From assembly GCA_003567625.1 (NCBI GenBank), contig PWZB01000181.1:1-52470 (forward strand): DNA of 52,470 bases, in the 5' to 3' direction. The notes beneath the pieces were generated by a model, which did not search any database, was not told where the DNA came from, and worked only from the letters and a program-made list of their open reading frames with translations. Positions 9,936 to 20,754 of this stretch are shown here, in pieces (positions within the stretch are counted from its first letter, which is position 1; every line of letters begins with the position of its first letter). This DNA comes from Bacteroidales bacterium (lineage in GTDB: Bacteria; Bacteroidota; Bacteroidia; Bacteroidales; UBA7960). The translations under genes were made by a program, and so were the position numbers.

Positions 9936-10898
9936 ATGAAAGACAAATACCCAAATAATAACATTATCAATTCGCAAATAATTAAAAAAAAAGCCAAAAA
10001 TCTTGGATTTGACTTTTGCGGAATAGCGCCTGCCTCCAAACTTACAAAAGAAAAATATCTGTTCGAAAAATGGCTCTCAATGAAATGCCAGGGCAAAATG
10101 AGCTATCTTGAAAAAAATTCAGAATTGCGATTTAACCCCTCTCTGCTTCTTAATAACGCCAAATCAGTTATATCATTAGCTCTGAATTATTACCCCAAAA
10201 AAAAACAAAACCCCAAAACCAGGTATAAATTATCAAAATATGCATATGGAAAAGATTACCATTTGATTATAAAAGAAAAACTGTCAGCTCTGCTCAAATA
10301 TATACGCGAAAAAACCGGCAATGCTGATGGCCGTGCTTTTGTTGATTCGGCACCTGTTATGGAAAAATTATGGGCGAAAAAAGCAGGACTTGGATGGATA
10401 GGTAAAAACTGTTGTTTTATTATCCCACAACATGGCAGCTACTTTTTCCTGTGTGAATTAATAGTTGATATTGAACTACAATATGACAACCCCTTTGAAA
10501 AAAACTATTGCGGTAATTGTACCCTTTGTATTGATAATTGCCCCACACAGGCTATAAGTGAAGAGGGATTCGTAAACGCAAAAAAATGTATCTCATACCT
10601 TACAATCGAAATGAAAGATCCTGTTGACAAAATCTCAAATCCTCCCGAACTCAAAAACTGGATCTTCGGATGTGACATTTGCCAGGATATTTGCCCATGG
10701 AACCGTTTTGCAAAACCGGAAAACAAAAATCTTTTCCAGCTTAATGAAACAATACTTGATTATAACGATAATAAATGGGAAAACTTTACCATGGAACAAT
10801 ACCTCGCCGTTAAAAAATCAGGTTCGCCAATATCCCGGATAAAATATGAAAAACTAAAAAACAATATTGAATATGTCAAAAATAGCAAATCCGTTTGA
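9936..10898 (+). CDS. queG: tRNA epoxyqueuosine(34) reductase QueG
   Basis: YAYGKDYH, FVDSAPVMEK, GLGWIGKN, CGNCTLCIDNCP and FGCDICQDICPWN Fe-S motifs. ATG 9936 avoids overlap with ruvB. Confidence 0.93.
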   Translation: MKDKYPNNNIINSQIIKKKAKNLGFDFCGIAPASKLTKEKYLFEKWLSMKCQGKMSYLEKNSELRFNPSLLLNNAKSVISLALNYYPKKKQNPKTRYKLSKYAYGKDYHLIIKEKLSALLKYIREKTGNADGRAFVDSAPVMEKLWAKKAGLGWIGKNCCFIIPQHGSYFFLCELIVDIELQYDNPFEKNYCGNCTLCIDNCPTQAISEEGFVNAKKCISYLTIEMKDPVDKISNPPELKNWIFGCDICQDICPWNRFAKPENKNLFQLNETILDYNDNKWENFTMEQYLAVKKSGSPISRIKYEKLKNNIEYVKNSKSV

Positions 10899-11462
10899 TA
10901 CGTATTCGCAAAACTCTTTTCAGGTATAGCAATCAAGTCTCACGTTCTAAGCCAGGAAGTAATTGACCTTAAATGTTACAAAACAGATTAAATCTGCAAC
11001 CGGAATAAACTTGCCCAAACGAAAAATTTAAAAGTTTTAACTTTTTAAGTATAATTACTTATTAAACGCATCAAAAGGTAATCTATCTTTGTTTTTCAAT
11101 ACTAAATATAAACCATATACAGGAAATAAAAAACAATAATTTTGTAAGGAATACTTTACCTGCATATTTTGCATTTGCAATAAATACAGTATATTTACGG
11201 ATAAAAATTTTTACAAGTCATCATATTTTTGTCTGCTTTTTATTTAATTAAACTACACGTTCTGTCTTTATTTACAGAATGTTATGTTCTTTGAATACTT
11301 GAAATCAAAAAACAACGACGGATTACTTTTTTGGTAATAAAAAATTTGTTGTATTTTTACACTCTTTTTTACATCATTATAATAATTAACATTTTTGGCT
11401 GTTTTAATTAATAATTTTAGTTTTTGCCATATTTTTTTATTATCAAAGAAGAAAAAGCATAA

Positions 11463-12416
11463 ATGGTTAAAAGGATTCCAGCGTTGATATTCTGTATGTT
11501 TCTTGGTTTTAACTTAATGTCTCAACAGGATGTGCAATTTAGCCACAATATGTTCAACATAATGGGTTTCAATCCGGGATATGCAGGTGCACGTGAAGCT
11601 ATATGTGCAACGGCTCTTGCCAGGCAACAATGGGTAGGATTTCGCGATGAAGAAAATACACGTGTTCATCCCCAGACTTACAGTCTTAATGTTGATGCAC
11701 CGGTTCCTATTTTAAGAGGCGGATTATCGGCAGGTTTTTTACAGGACCAGTTAGGATTTGAAACAAATTTAGGTGTAAAAATAGGATATGCTTATCATGC
11801 ATCGTTAGGCTTAGGCAATTTAGGAGTTGGGTTTCATGCAGGCTTCCTTGATAAAAACATTGATTTTGACCAGTTTAATCCAATAAATGAAGGAGATCCG
11901 GCACTTACAGGTGCAAGTGAAGAGTCAGCAATGTTTTTTGACGTGGCACTGGGCGCTTTCTACGAACTGGATGATTGGTGGACAGGTATATCTTTTTCTC
12001 AAATAGTCCAAAGCGGCCGGGAAATAGGAGGAGGAGAAGCTGTTTATGAGCTCAAAAGACACGCTTATTTAGCCGGAGGGCTTAGTTTTCCTTGGCCGGA
12101 TCATCCGAAATTCGTTATAAGCCCATCGGTGTTGTTAAAAACTGATATCAATTCAGCCCAGGTTGATATCAATACACTGGTTACATACAACCAAAGGGTG
12201 TGGGGAGGATTGAGCTATCGTTATCAGGACGCTGTTGTTGTTTTTTTAGGTCTTAACATAGATCAAATAAGTATCGGTTATTCCTATGATATATCAACTT
12301 CTTTCATAGGCCGTCATGGAAGAAGTTATGGAAGCCATGAAATTATGTTACAATACTGCTTCGATCTGGAAATTGAGAGAATACCAAGACCCCACAGAAC
12401 AACAAGGTTCTTGTAA
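11463..12416 (+). CDS. porP: T9SS outer membrane protein PorP/SprF
   Basis: Signal peptide, QDVQFS, NPGYAG, RQQW, GYSYD and GSHEI motifs; directly upstream of porK. Confidence 0.9.
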   Translation: MVKRIPALIFCMFLGFNLMSQQDVQFSHNMFNIMGFNPGYAGAREAICATALARQQWVGFRDEENTRVHPQTYSLNVDAPVPILRGGLSAGFLQDQLGFETNLGVKIGYAYHASLGLGNLGVGFHAGFLDKNIDFDQFNPINEGDPALTGASEESAMFFDVALGAFYELDDWWTGISFSQIVQSGREIGGGEAVYELKRHAYLAGGLSFPWPDHPKFVISPSVLLKTDINSAQVDINTLVTYNQRVWGGLSYRYQDAVVVFLGLNIDQISIGYSYDISTSFIGRHGRSYGSHEIMLQYCFDLEIERIPRPHRTTRFL

Positions 12417-12547
12417 AGTATAAAAATTGTTGTCATACGATGTAACAATATAAATAAAATGACGTTTAAACCTTTAAAGCCTTAATAAGAAACAAAACAA
12501 ATAATAATTTGAAAAAATTAAGTGGTTATAAATAAACAAATTCAATC

Positions 12548-13846
12548 ATGAAAAAATTAGTCTTATTCACACTGATAATTATTTTATTAGCCAGTTGTGA
12601 CCGGAGGCATGGCGGTCACTTAACCGGTGTGGAAGACAGACCCAGATTCCATGAAATCCAGTCTCCAGGAATGGTTTACATACCGATGGGAAGTTTCTTG
12701 ATGGGCCCTTCAGATGAAGATCCGGCTTATGCACATAACGCAATATCAAAAAGAGTTTCAGTTTCATCATTTTATATGGATGAAACTGAGATAACCAATA
12801 ACCAGTATCGCCAGTTTGTTTATTGGGTGAGAGACTCTTTGGCCAGGCTGCTTTTATCGGAAATTGATGAAGACTATCTGATTTTGATGGACGAATACGG
12901 CATGGATATAGATCCCCCGCTGCTTAACTGGAGGCCCAGGATCAGGTGGGACGGTGAAGAAGAAAGGGAACAATTAGCCGAGTTATACCTGCCAGAACAC
13001 GAGAGGTTTTTCCGTCGCAGAGAAATTGATTCGAGAAAACTTATTTACCGCTATCATATAATAGATCTTGCCAGAGCCGCCAGAAGAGATGAGCGGGATA
13101 CTCCAAGGCAAGAATTTGTCAGAGAATGGGAAACACATATTTATCCCGATACCCTGAGCTGGATACATGACTTTAGTTATTCTTACAATGAACCTATGAC
13201 CAAAATGTACTTCTGGCATCCTACATTTGACCACTTTCCTGTTGTAGGCGTCAACTGGCTGCAAGCACGTGCATTTACAGTATGGCGAACCCAGTACCTG
13301 AACAGCTACCTGCAAAGGCGGGGACAACCTTTTGCCATGGATTTCCGGCTGCCAACCGAAGCAGAATGGGAATACGCGGCAAGAGGCGGCCTGGAACTTA
13401 ACCCATATCCATGGGGAGGACCATACACCAGAAATATTGACGGCTGCTTCCTGGCTAATTTTAAACCTATGAGAGGTGACTACGTTTCAGATGGAGGATT
13501 TCAAACCGTCATAGTCGGGCATTACCCGCCTAATGATTTTGGCCTTTACGATATGGCAGGAAATGTATCGGAATGGACACGAAATGCATACGATGAGTCG
13601 TTTTATATATACGGACATGACTTGAATATGGATTACCATTATGAAGCAGAAGAAGATGACCCTGAAACACTTAAAAGAAAAGTAGTAAGGGGTGGCTCGT
13701 GGAAAGATGTAAAACACTTCCTGCAAGTGAGTACACGTACATACGAATACCAGGATACAGCAAAATCATATATCGGCTTTCGTACCGTGCAGGATTTTAT
13801 GGGAAGAGAACGAGGCCCGGGCGCAGGAACTTCAAACGTATATTAG
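12548..13846 (+). CDS. gldK: T9SS/gliding lipoprotein PorK/GldK (FGE-sulfatase fold)
   Basis: Lipobox LLASC, FYMDETEITNNQYRQFVYWVRDS, RLPTEAEWEYAARGG and GLYDMAGNVSEW. Confidence 0.93.
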   Translation: MKKLVLFTLIIILLASCDRRHGGHLTGVEDRPRFHEIQSPGMVYIPMGSFLMGPSDEDPAYAHNAISKRVSVSSFYMDETEITNNQYRQFVYWVRDSLARLLLSEIDEDYLILMDEYGMDIDPPLLNWRPRIRWDGEEEREQLAELYLPEHERFFRRREIDSRKLIYRYHIIDLARAARRDERDTPRQEFVREWETHIYPDTLSWIHDFSYSYNEPMTKMYFWHPTFDHFPVVGVNWLQARAFTVWRTQYLNSYLQRRGQPFAMDFRLPTEAEWEYAARGGLELNPYPWGGPYTRNIDGCFLANFKPMRGDYVSDGGFQTVIVGHYPPNDFGLYDMAGNVSEWTRNAYDESFYIYGHDLNMDYHYEAEEDDPETLKRKVVRGGSWKDVKHFLQVSTRTYEYQDTAKSYIGFRTVQDFMGRERGPGAGTSNVY

Positions 13847-13937
13847 TATCATTCGTTATATAGTTATATTTAATACAAAAAATAATAAAATATAATATAA
13901 TAAAAAATTAGTAAATAACAATTAAACCTTATTCAAT

Positions 13938-15008
13938 ATGAAATTCACCCACACAAAATCCTTTAAGAGTTTTATGGTCAAAGCATACGGATTTGGAGCA
14001 TCCGTTGTGCTTTTAGGTGCGCTGTTTAAAATACAGCACTACCCGGGAGCAGATATCATGCTTATTGTCGGTATAGGTACCGAAGCTTTTATATTTTTTC
14101 TGTCGGCATTTGAACCGGTCCATTCCGAACCGGACTGGTCTTTGGTTTATCCTGAGTTAGCCGGTATGGACAGTATTGACGAAGAAGAAAGAGAAAGAAG
14201 AAAATCATTAAGAGAACCCGGCAGTGCTGCGGCAGCACCAGTAACTGCACAAAGCATAACACTGTCAAGCAACCTGGATAAATTACTTGAAGAAGCTAAC
14301 ATAGGCCCGGAGTTGATAGAAAACCTCGGACAAGGATTAAGAAACCTTAGCGAAAATACCCAAAAACTTGCAGATATCTCTAATGCTGCCATAGCAACAA
14401 ATAATTATATCCAAAATATGGAGTCGGCTTCTCAATCGGTACTCGAGCTTAGTGAATCATATAAAAGCACCGCCGAATACCTGAAGCACGACTTAAGCCT
14501 CAGTGAAGAATATGCCAACAGCTTGCAAAGTGCAGTTAAATCAGTCAACGAAATCAGCGATTCATACAAAAAAACCGCTGAAACAGCAAAAGAAAACCTT
14601 GATACTACTAAAGAATATACCGAAAGCCTTAAAAGTATAACAGGACATACAAATAAATTAGCAGAAGTTTATGCTAACAGTGCCGAATCAATAACTAAAA
14701 CAGTTGATGCATTGCAAAAATCAAGCCAAGGCGGGCAAGAGTTCAGTAATCAACTGAAAGAAACCGTTGAAAATTTATCCGCCCTTAATGCAGTATATGA
14801 ATTACAACTGCAATCATCTAATGAGCAGTATCAGCATACCAGCAAACTTCATGAGACTATGTCATCACTTATTGAAAATATCAATAATTCTGCAAGTGAT
14901 ACTCAAAAATACAGAGAAGAAATGAATAAGCTGACAAGCAATATAACCGCTTTAAACAACATCTACGGCAATATGTTGTCAGCTATGAATATTAATATGA
15001 ACAAATAA
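13938..15008 (+). CDS. gldL: T9SS motor subunit PorL/GldL
   Basis: YGFGASVVLLGALFKIQH, TEAFIF, PDWSLVYPELAG and the C-terminal LNNIYGNMLSAM. Confidence 0.93.
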   Translation: MKFTHTKSFKSFMVKAYGFGASVVLLGALFKIQHYPGADIMLIVGIGTEAFIFFLSAFEPVHSEPDWSLVYPELAGMDSIDEEERERRKSLREPGSAAAAPVTAQSITLSSNLDKLLEEANIGPELIENLGQGLRNLSENTQKLADISNAAIATNNYIQNMESASQSVLELSESYKSTAEYLKHDLSLSEEYANSLQSAVKSVNEISDSYKKTAETAKENLDTTKEYTESLKSITGHTNKLAEVYANSAESITKTVDALQKSSQGGQEFSNQLKETVENLSALNAVYELQLQSSNEQYQHTSKLHETMSSLIENINNSASDTQKYREEMNKLTSNITALNNIYGNMLSAMNINMNK

Positions 15009-15062
15009 AGTAATTGTATAAAACGATCTGAATTTATTTTTTAATTAGTAAAAACCTAACCT

Positions 15063-16649
15063 ATGGCTAAAGAAACCAACCGTCAAAAACTGGTTAAACT
15101 AATGTATCTCGTCTTTATAACATTAATGGCGCTTAATGTTGACGTCTCAATACTCAATTCTTTTGCCTATGTTGATGACGGATTAGCTGAAACCAATGTC
15201 AACTTTTCGCGAAAAGTAGATATGGTATATGACGATTTCAGGCAACAAAGAGCTATTTCGGAAGAATTAGTTTATCCTTATTATGGCAGGGCATTTGAAG
15301 TAAAAGCATTTTCCGACTCGTTAATGAATACAATACGAAGGCTCAGAACCGAGACTATAGCATATGCTGATCGCATTGAATTTGAAAAAGCCGACACTCT
15401 TAATCTTATGGACCTTAAGAACAAAGACAATTACAGCAGACCCACCAGGTTCTGGATGAGAGAAGGTAAAGTTAATCCTGCTGCTGAAGACGGTACAGAA
15501 GGTACAAGAGCTTATAAGCTCCGTGCAATGATAGAGGAATATAAGGAAAAAATTACAGACATTGTCGGCCCTGAATACCGGGAATTCCTTCAGCTTGGCC
15601 TTGATACGGAAGGACCTTTTTATTCGGAAGGCGGTGAAGAGATAAACTGGCAACAGGCAATGTTTGACCGTGTCGCCCCGGTTGCTGTAGCTACAAACCT
15701 CAGCAGACTGATCACGGAAGTACGTAATGCCGAATTTGATGCTATATCAATACTTTATGATGCCATAACCGAAGGTGATTTCCGATTCGACGAAATAGCC
15801 GCAAGAGTCGTACCGCAAAGTCAAATAGTTATGTTAGGCGATCACTACGAAGCTGATGTCTTTGTTGCGGCATACGACTCCAGGCAACAACCTACTATCA
15901 TAGCAGGCGGACGGGAAATACCGACAGAAGATGGTATCGGAAAACTTAGAATCCCCGCTAGAAGAGAAGGCACAGCCAGGTATGAAGGTGTTATTAAAGT
16001 TACCTCTCCGGCTGGTATTGTCCAGGAATACCCTTTTGAAGGCCAGTATGTAGTTCAAAGACCTTCCGTTACCGTCTCAGCCGATGCAATGAACGTTTTT
16101 TATGCAGGTATTGATAACCCGGTCTCTGTTTCAGCCCCGGGAGTGCCTCACGAAAATATTCGAGTATCAATTTCACCCCAGGGTTCAATAACCCCAAGAG
16201 GAGGTGGAAACTACAGCGTCAGAGTGCCCGGAGATATAAGCGAAGTAAGAATTAATGTTTCGGCAACGGTCTCAGGAACAACACGTTCTATGGGCAGCCC
16301 ATCATTCAGAATAGCCAGGATCCCCGACCCGACACCAACGATCGCTGGACGTAGCGAAGGTGAAATTGACAGACAAAGAATATTAGCCAGCCCCAGAATT
16401 GCTGCCTCTGTTCCGGAAGATTTCCACTTTGATATGGATTTTGAAGTTGCATCTTTTTCCATGCAAACTATTACCGCAGGACTATTATATGAAACATCAA
16501 CAACCGGTAGCAGGCTTAGCCAGGAAATGATTGACAGAATACAAAGATTACCCAGGGGAACCAGGATATATTTTACCGATATAAGAACAGAACGCGCTGC
16601 CGATGGATTAACCAGAAACCTCCCGGCAATCAGTGTCAGAGTAAGATAA
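15063..16649 (+). CDS. gldM: T9SS motor subunit PorM/GldM
   Basis: RQKLVKLMYLVFITLMALNV transmembrane motif, MNVFYAGIDNPVSVS and IPDP. Confidence 0.93.
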   Translation: MAKETNRQKLVKLMYLVFITLMALNVDVSILNSFAYVDDGLAETNVNFSRKVDMVYDDFRQQRAISEELVYPYYGRAFEVKAFSDSLMNTIRRLRTETIAYADRIEFEKADTLNLMDLKNKDNYSRPTRFWMREGKVNPAAEDGTEGTRAYKLRAMIEEYKEKITDIVGPEYREFLQLGLDTEGPFYSEGGEEINWQQAMFDRVAPVAVATNLSRLITEVRNAEFDAISILYDAITEGDFRFDEIAARVVPQSQIVMLGDHYEADVFVAAYDSRQQPTIIAGGREIPTEDGIGKLRIPARREGTARYEGVIKVTSPAGIVQEYPFEGQYVVQRPSVTVSADAMNVFYAGIDNPVSVSAPGVPHENIRVSISPQGSITPRGGGNYSVRVPGDISEVRINVSATVSGTTRSMGSPSFRIARIPDPTPTIAGRSEGEIDRQRILASPRIAASVPEDFHFDMDFEVASFSMQTITAGLLYETSTTGSRLSQEMIDRIQRLPRGTRIYFTDIRTERAADGLTRNLPAISVRVR

Positions 16650-16739
16650 TAAAATAAAACACAAAAACATTTTTATATAACGAAACACAAAACAAGCTAA
16701 ATAAGTCATAAAAACTTGGAAAACAAAAATATAAGTACC

Positions 16740-17576
16740 ATGAAAAAAATATGTGTTCCACTATTCACAGGAATTTTATTGTTGTCGCTGTTTTCTCCAA
16801 TTGTTAATGCTCAGCCGATGGAGGCTCCACGTGACGGGTTTTATGACAGATTGTATATTGAACAAAAAATACCGGTCGAATTGCCCTATATCAGGGAAGC
16901 CGATATATTATATTCCAAACGAGTCTGGCAGCGAATAGATCTGCGTGAAAAGATCAATCAAACATTGTATTTCCCAACAGAGCCTGTCGGAAAAAGAAAA
17001 AGCCTTACACAGATCTTGTATGACGCGGTTATAGAAGGAAGAATTACGGCATATCACGGGCATTTCGATGACTTCAGCGAGCCACTTACACCCGAACAAG
17101 TAATTAACAGCCTCGAACGTGTTGAAACTTTAACCCTCGAAGACGGTACTGATACAACCTATACCGTGCCATTTGACCCTACAAGGGTTACAAGATTTCA
17201 TCTGAAAGAAGACTGGTTCTTTGATTCTAAAAGATCAGTGCTTGATGTGAGAATTTTAGGCATATGCCCGTTAAGAGAAAGACATGATCCTGAAACAGGT
17301 GAATTTATAGCTTTTGAACCAATTTTCTGGATATATTATCCGGAAGTAGTTGATATACTGGTTAACGAAGAAGTATATAACAGGCATAACGATGCACACA
17401 TGGTTTCATTTCACGATATGTTCCTGCGTCGAATGTTTAACAGTTATATATATAAAGAATCAAATGTTTACAACCGTAGCATTGAAGAGTATTATACCGG
17501 CCTGGATGCACTGTTGGAAGCCGAAGAAATTAAAAACGAAATCCGGTACTTTGAACATGACCTTTGGGAATATTAA
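16740..17576 (+). CDS. gldN: T9SS periplasmic protein PorN/GldN
   Basis: READ, KRVWQRIDLREKIN, KEDWFFD and FEHDLWEY. ATG 16740 gives a clean signal peptide. Confidence 0.92.
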   Translation: MKKICVPLFTGILLLSLFSPIVNAQPMEAPRDGFYDRLYIEQKIPVELPYIREADILYSKRVWQRIDLREKINQTLYFPTEPVGKRKSLTQILYDAVIEGRITAYHGHFDDFSEPLTPEQVINSLERVETLTLEDGTDTTYTVPFDPTRVTRFHLKEDWFFDSKRSVLDVRILGICPLRERHDPETGEFIAFEPIFWIYYPEVVDILVNEEVYNRHNDAHMVSFHDMFLRRMFNSYIYKESNVYNRSIEEYYTGLDALLEAEEIKNEIRYFEHDLWEY

Positions 17577-17639
17577 TTTGTTTTTTCACAGGTGATGAAC
17601 CTGTTTGTTTTACAATAATCATTTCATAATATAAAAATT

Positions 17640-17698
17640 GTTGCTTGTAGTACAATTTCAGGAAAGCTGACCCTTAATGACTACAAGCAACTTTTTTT
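17640..17698. terminator. Putative bidirectional terminator between gldN and fumarase
   Basis: GTTGCTTGTAGT...ACTACAAGCAAC 12-bp stem with A/T tracts on both sides. A second small hairpin ACAGGT/ACCTGT lies at 17588-17604. Confidence 0.6.
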
Positions 17699-17708
17699 AT
17701 AGACAATA

Positions 17709-19328
17709 TCACTGCTTCCTACTGTAAAAGTCATTCCCCTTATCATCAACCAAAATGAAAGCCGGGAAATCTTCCACTTCAATACGATAAATGGCTTCCA
17801 TTCCCAGTTCGGGATATTCTATCAGTTCAACTTTCTTAATGTTTTCCTGCGCGAGTATAGCTGCCGGTCCACCAATACTTCCAAGGTAAAAGCCTCCGTA
17901 CTTTTCGCATGCATCGGTTACAGCCTGGCTCCTGTTGCCTTTAGCTATCATAACAAGGCTGCCGCCGTGCTGCTGAAACAGGTCAACATATGAATCCATC
18001 CTGCCGGCTGTTGTCGGGCCAAAAGAACCAGAAGCCATGCCTTCAGGAGTTTTTGCCGGACCTGCATAATAAACAGGATGGTCTTTTATGTACCGGGGCA
18101 ACCCCTCACCTTTATCCAAACGCTCTTTCAGCTTGGAATGTGCAATATCGCGCCCGACGATAATAGTTCCTTTCAGTGATAAACGAGTACCCACAGGATG
18201 TTTGGTCAACTCAGCCAGTATCTCTTTCATCGGATGGTTAAGGTCAATATTGACTGCTCCCGAATCATCGGCTTCGCGATACTCTTCAGGAATAAAACGA
18301 CCCGGATCATCTTCAAGCTTTTCAACCCATATTCCATCCTTATTGATCTTTGCTTTTATGTTTCTGTCTGCAGCACATGAAACTCCCATACCCACAGGAC
18401 ATGAAGCACCATGGCGCGGGAATCGTATAACCCTTATATCCAGGGCAAAATATTTTCCCCCAAACTGGGCTCCTATTCCCAGATCATAAGCCGCGTTCAA
18501 AACTTTCTCTTCCAACTCCCTGTCGCGAAATGCCTGACCTGCCTCATTCCCCTTATCCGGCAAATTATCAAGATATTTTGCGGATGCCAGTTTTACTGCT
18601 TTAAGGCACGCTTCACCTGACGTACCACCAACAACAAAAGCAACATGATAAGGAGGGCATGCGGCAGTACCCAACGACTTTAATTTCTCTACCAGGAATT
18701 GTTCAAGCTTCCCGGGATTAAGTAAAGCTTTTGTCTGCTGGTAAAGCGCCGTTTTATTTGCCGACCCCCCGCCCTTTGCAACAAACAAAAAATGATATTC
18801 ATCACCCTCTGCAGCAAAAATATCAATCTGGGCCGGCAGGTTAGTACCAGAGTTTTTCTCCTTATACATGTCAAGAGGAATAACCTGTGAATATCTCAGA
18901 TTTTCCTCAGTGTATGCCTTATAAATGCCTGATGACAATGCTTTGGCATCGTTTGCGCCGGTCCATACATTCTGTCCTTTCTTAGCGATAACAGTGGCTG
19001 TACCGGTATCCTGGCAAAAAGGCAATATACCTTTGGCAGAAATTTCAGCATTGCGAAGCATGGTCAAAGCAACATATTTGTCATTCCGGCTGGCATCAGG
19101 ATCATCCAAAATCGCAGCAACCTGCTTTATGTGTTCCATACGCAACATGAAAGCACTGTCGCGCATAGCCGCCCGTGCAAGCTTTGTAAGCCCCCCGCTA
19201 TCCACCTTTAGCACTCCCTGTCCTTCAAAGTCAGAAAGTGAAACATGATCTTTTGTCAATAAATAGTATTCAGTAGTATCCTTCCCCAAAGGAAAAAGCT
19301 CCTGGTAATGAAATTCAGGTGTTGACAT
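17709..19328 (-). CDS. fumA: Class I (Fe-S) fumarate hydratase
   Basis: [28 protein letters not shown] and GPTTAGRM. Confidence 0.93.
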   Translation of the reverse strand: MSTPEFHYQELFPLGKDTTEYYLLTKDHVSLSDFEGQGVLKVDSGGLTKLARAAMRDSAFMLRMEHIKQVAAILDDPDASRNDKYVALTMLRNAEISAKGILPFCQDTGTATVIAKKGQNVWTGANDAKALSSGIYKAYTEENLRYSQVIPLDMYKEKNSGTNLPAQIDIFAAEGDEYHFLFVAKGGGSANKTALYQQTKALLNPGKLEQFLVEKLKSLGTAACPPYHVAFVVGGTSGEACLKAVKLASAKYLDNLPDKGNEAGQAFRDRELEEKVLNAAYDLGIGAQFGGKYFALDIRVIRFPRHGASCPVGMGVSCAADRNIKAKINKDGIWVEKLEDDPGRFIPEEYREADDSGAVNIDLNHPMKEILAELTKHPVGTRLSLKGTIIVGRDIAHSKLKERLDKGEGLPRYIKDHPVYYAGPAKTPEGMASGSFGPTTAGRMDSYVDLFQQHGGSLVMIAKGNRSQAVTDACEKYGGFYLGSIGGPAAILAQENIKKVELIEYPELGMEAIYRIEVEDFPAFILVDDKGNDFYSRKQ

Positions 19329-19443
19329 AATGAGTATATTTTTTTTGATTAATAATAGTTTTACTTAAAGGTGATAAAAATAATCAAAAAAAATGACAAA
19401 TAAAGATTCTTAAATCCGACAAAAACATTCCGCATTTTTGTTA

Positions 19444-19451
19444 TATCTTTG
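19444..19451 (+). promoter_or_regulatory. Bacteroidetes sigma-A -7 element 5 nt upstream of the rbfA ATG
   Basis: TATCTTTG matches the TAnnTTTG consensus. Confidence 0.55.
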
Positions 19452-19456
19452 TAATT

Positions 19457-19792
19457 ATGGAAACAACAAGACAAAACAAAGTATCAAGGCTTATTCAAAA
19501 AGACCTGGGTGAAATATTCCAGAGAAATGAAAAGAGTATGTTTGCAGGAGCAATGATAACCGTCACAAAAGTCAATATTACCCGCGATCTTTCCATTGCA
19601 AAAGTATATTTGAGCATCTTTGGCAAAAATCCCCAAAATATTATTAAGATAGTAAAAGCTTCTACCAAAGAAATAAGAAGACTCCTGGGAATGAGAATAA
19701 AAAACCAGGTTAAAGCTATCCCGGAGCTAAGATTTTATATTGACGACAGCCTTGATTATATTGAAAACATTGAACGGCTGTTGAAAAAGTAA
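19457..19792 (+). CDS. rbfA: 30S ribosome-binding factor RbfA
   Basis: DLSIAKVYLS and IPELRFYIDDSLDY. Confidence 0.95.
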   Translation: METTRQNKVSRLIQKDLGEIFQRNEKSMFAGAMITVTKVNITRDLSIAKVYLSIFGKNPQNIIKIVKASTKEIRRLLGMRIKNQVKAIPELRFYIDDSLDYIENIERLLKK

Positions 19793-19804
19793 CCTGCCAT
19801 TACT

Positions 19805-20614
19805 ATGCACTACGAACCGGTTAAAAAAAAATTAGGAAAATTTTTCGGCTCATCAGTCTTTATGAGAAAAGTTTTTTACAGGTTGCTCAATATTTTACTA
19901 TTACGAGCCTGGTATATTCATAAAGAATTAAATTGTTTCAGGAAAAAGCATAAAAACAGGGGAAATATATCGGTTCTCGATGCCGGCAGCGGATTTGGAC
20001 AATATTCATATTATCTTGCCAAAAAAAATCCCCAATGGAATATTGACAGTGTTGATATTAAAACCGGCGAAATAAACGATTGTAAGATATTTTTTAAAAA
20101 AACCGGGCTGAAAAATGTTATACCTATAGCTGCAGACCTTACTTCATATTCAAATAATTCAAAATATGACCTGGTACTCTCAATAGATGTAATGGAACAT
20201 ATCGAAAATGACAAACTTGTTTTTCATAATTTTTATAATTCCATGAAGGAAAACGGAATGCTTCTGATAAGCACACCTTCTGTTTTGGTTGATTCCGGCG
20301 CAACCGGCAAGAACCGGGGCTCTTTTACCGAAGAGCATGTAAGAGACGGCTACAGCAAAGAAAATATTGCAAGCAAGCTGAAAGAGGCTGGGTTCAATGA
20401 TATTGACACTTATTATACTTATGGGAAATACGGGAATATAGCATGGCGTTTATCAATAAAATATCCTTTGCTCCTGGGAAAAAATAAATGGATGTTACCT
20501 TTATTGTTTTTTTATTATATAATTGTAATGCCTTTTTGTTTATTATTGAATTTTGCAGATACAAAAATTAATAATAAGAAAGGCACGGGTTTGATCGTTA
20601 AAGCTTATAAATAG
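19805..20614 (+). CDS. Class I SAM-dependent methyltransferase
   Basis: VLDAGSGFG motif I, YDLVLSIDVMEHI, LLISTP and EEHVRDGY. Confidence 0.85.
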   Translation: MHYEPVKKKLGKFFGSSVFMRKVFYRLLNILLLRAWYIHKELNCFRKKHKNRGNISVLDAGSGFGQYSYYLAKKNPQWNIDSVDIKTGEINDCKIFFKKTGLKNVIPIAADLTSYSNNSKYDLVLSIDVMEHIENDKLVFHNFYNSMKENGMLLISTPSVLVDSGATGKNRGSFTEEHVRDGYSKENIASKLKEAGFNDIDTYYTYGKYGNIAWRLSIKYPLLLGKNKWMLPLLFFYYIIVMPFCLLLNFADTKINNKKGTGLIVKAYK

Positions 20615-20625
20615 TATCGCATTTC

Positions 20626-20721
20626 TCCCGCAGATATCGCAAATGTGCGCAGATTGATGATTAATGGCCCTTTAAACCAAATATAATAAATTATCAGCGA
20701 AAATCTGCGTGATCTGCGGGA
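20626..20721. repeat. REP-like imperfect palindrome (CCCGCAGAT family), copy 1
   Basis: TCCCGCAGATATCGCAAATGTGCGCAGATT...ATCAGCGAAAATCTGCGTGATCTGCGGGA. The reverse-complement homolog is at 22172-22261. Confidence 0.75.
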
Positions 20722-20754
20722 TGCAATTTAAAACCGCTAATTAAAATACAAACA

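Noticed and set aside
10899-11462. ncRNA or hidden gene in the 560-bp region upstream of porP
   Set aside because: Very AT-rich with only short palindromes and no convincing ORF or stable structure; probably promoter DNA.
19823-19831. Phase-variable poly-A tract in the methyltransferase (also an A9 tract in queG)
   Set aside because: The tracts are in frame, encode Lys runs and are expected in AT-rich DNA; one is in a housekeeping gene.
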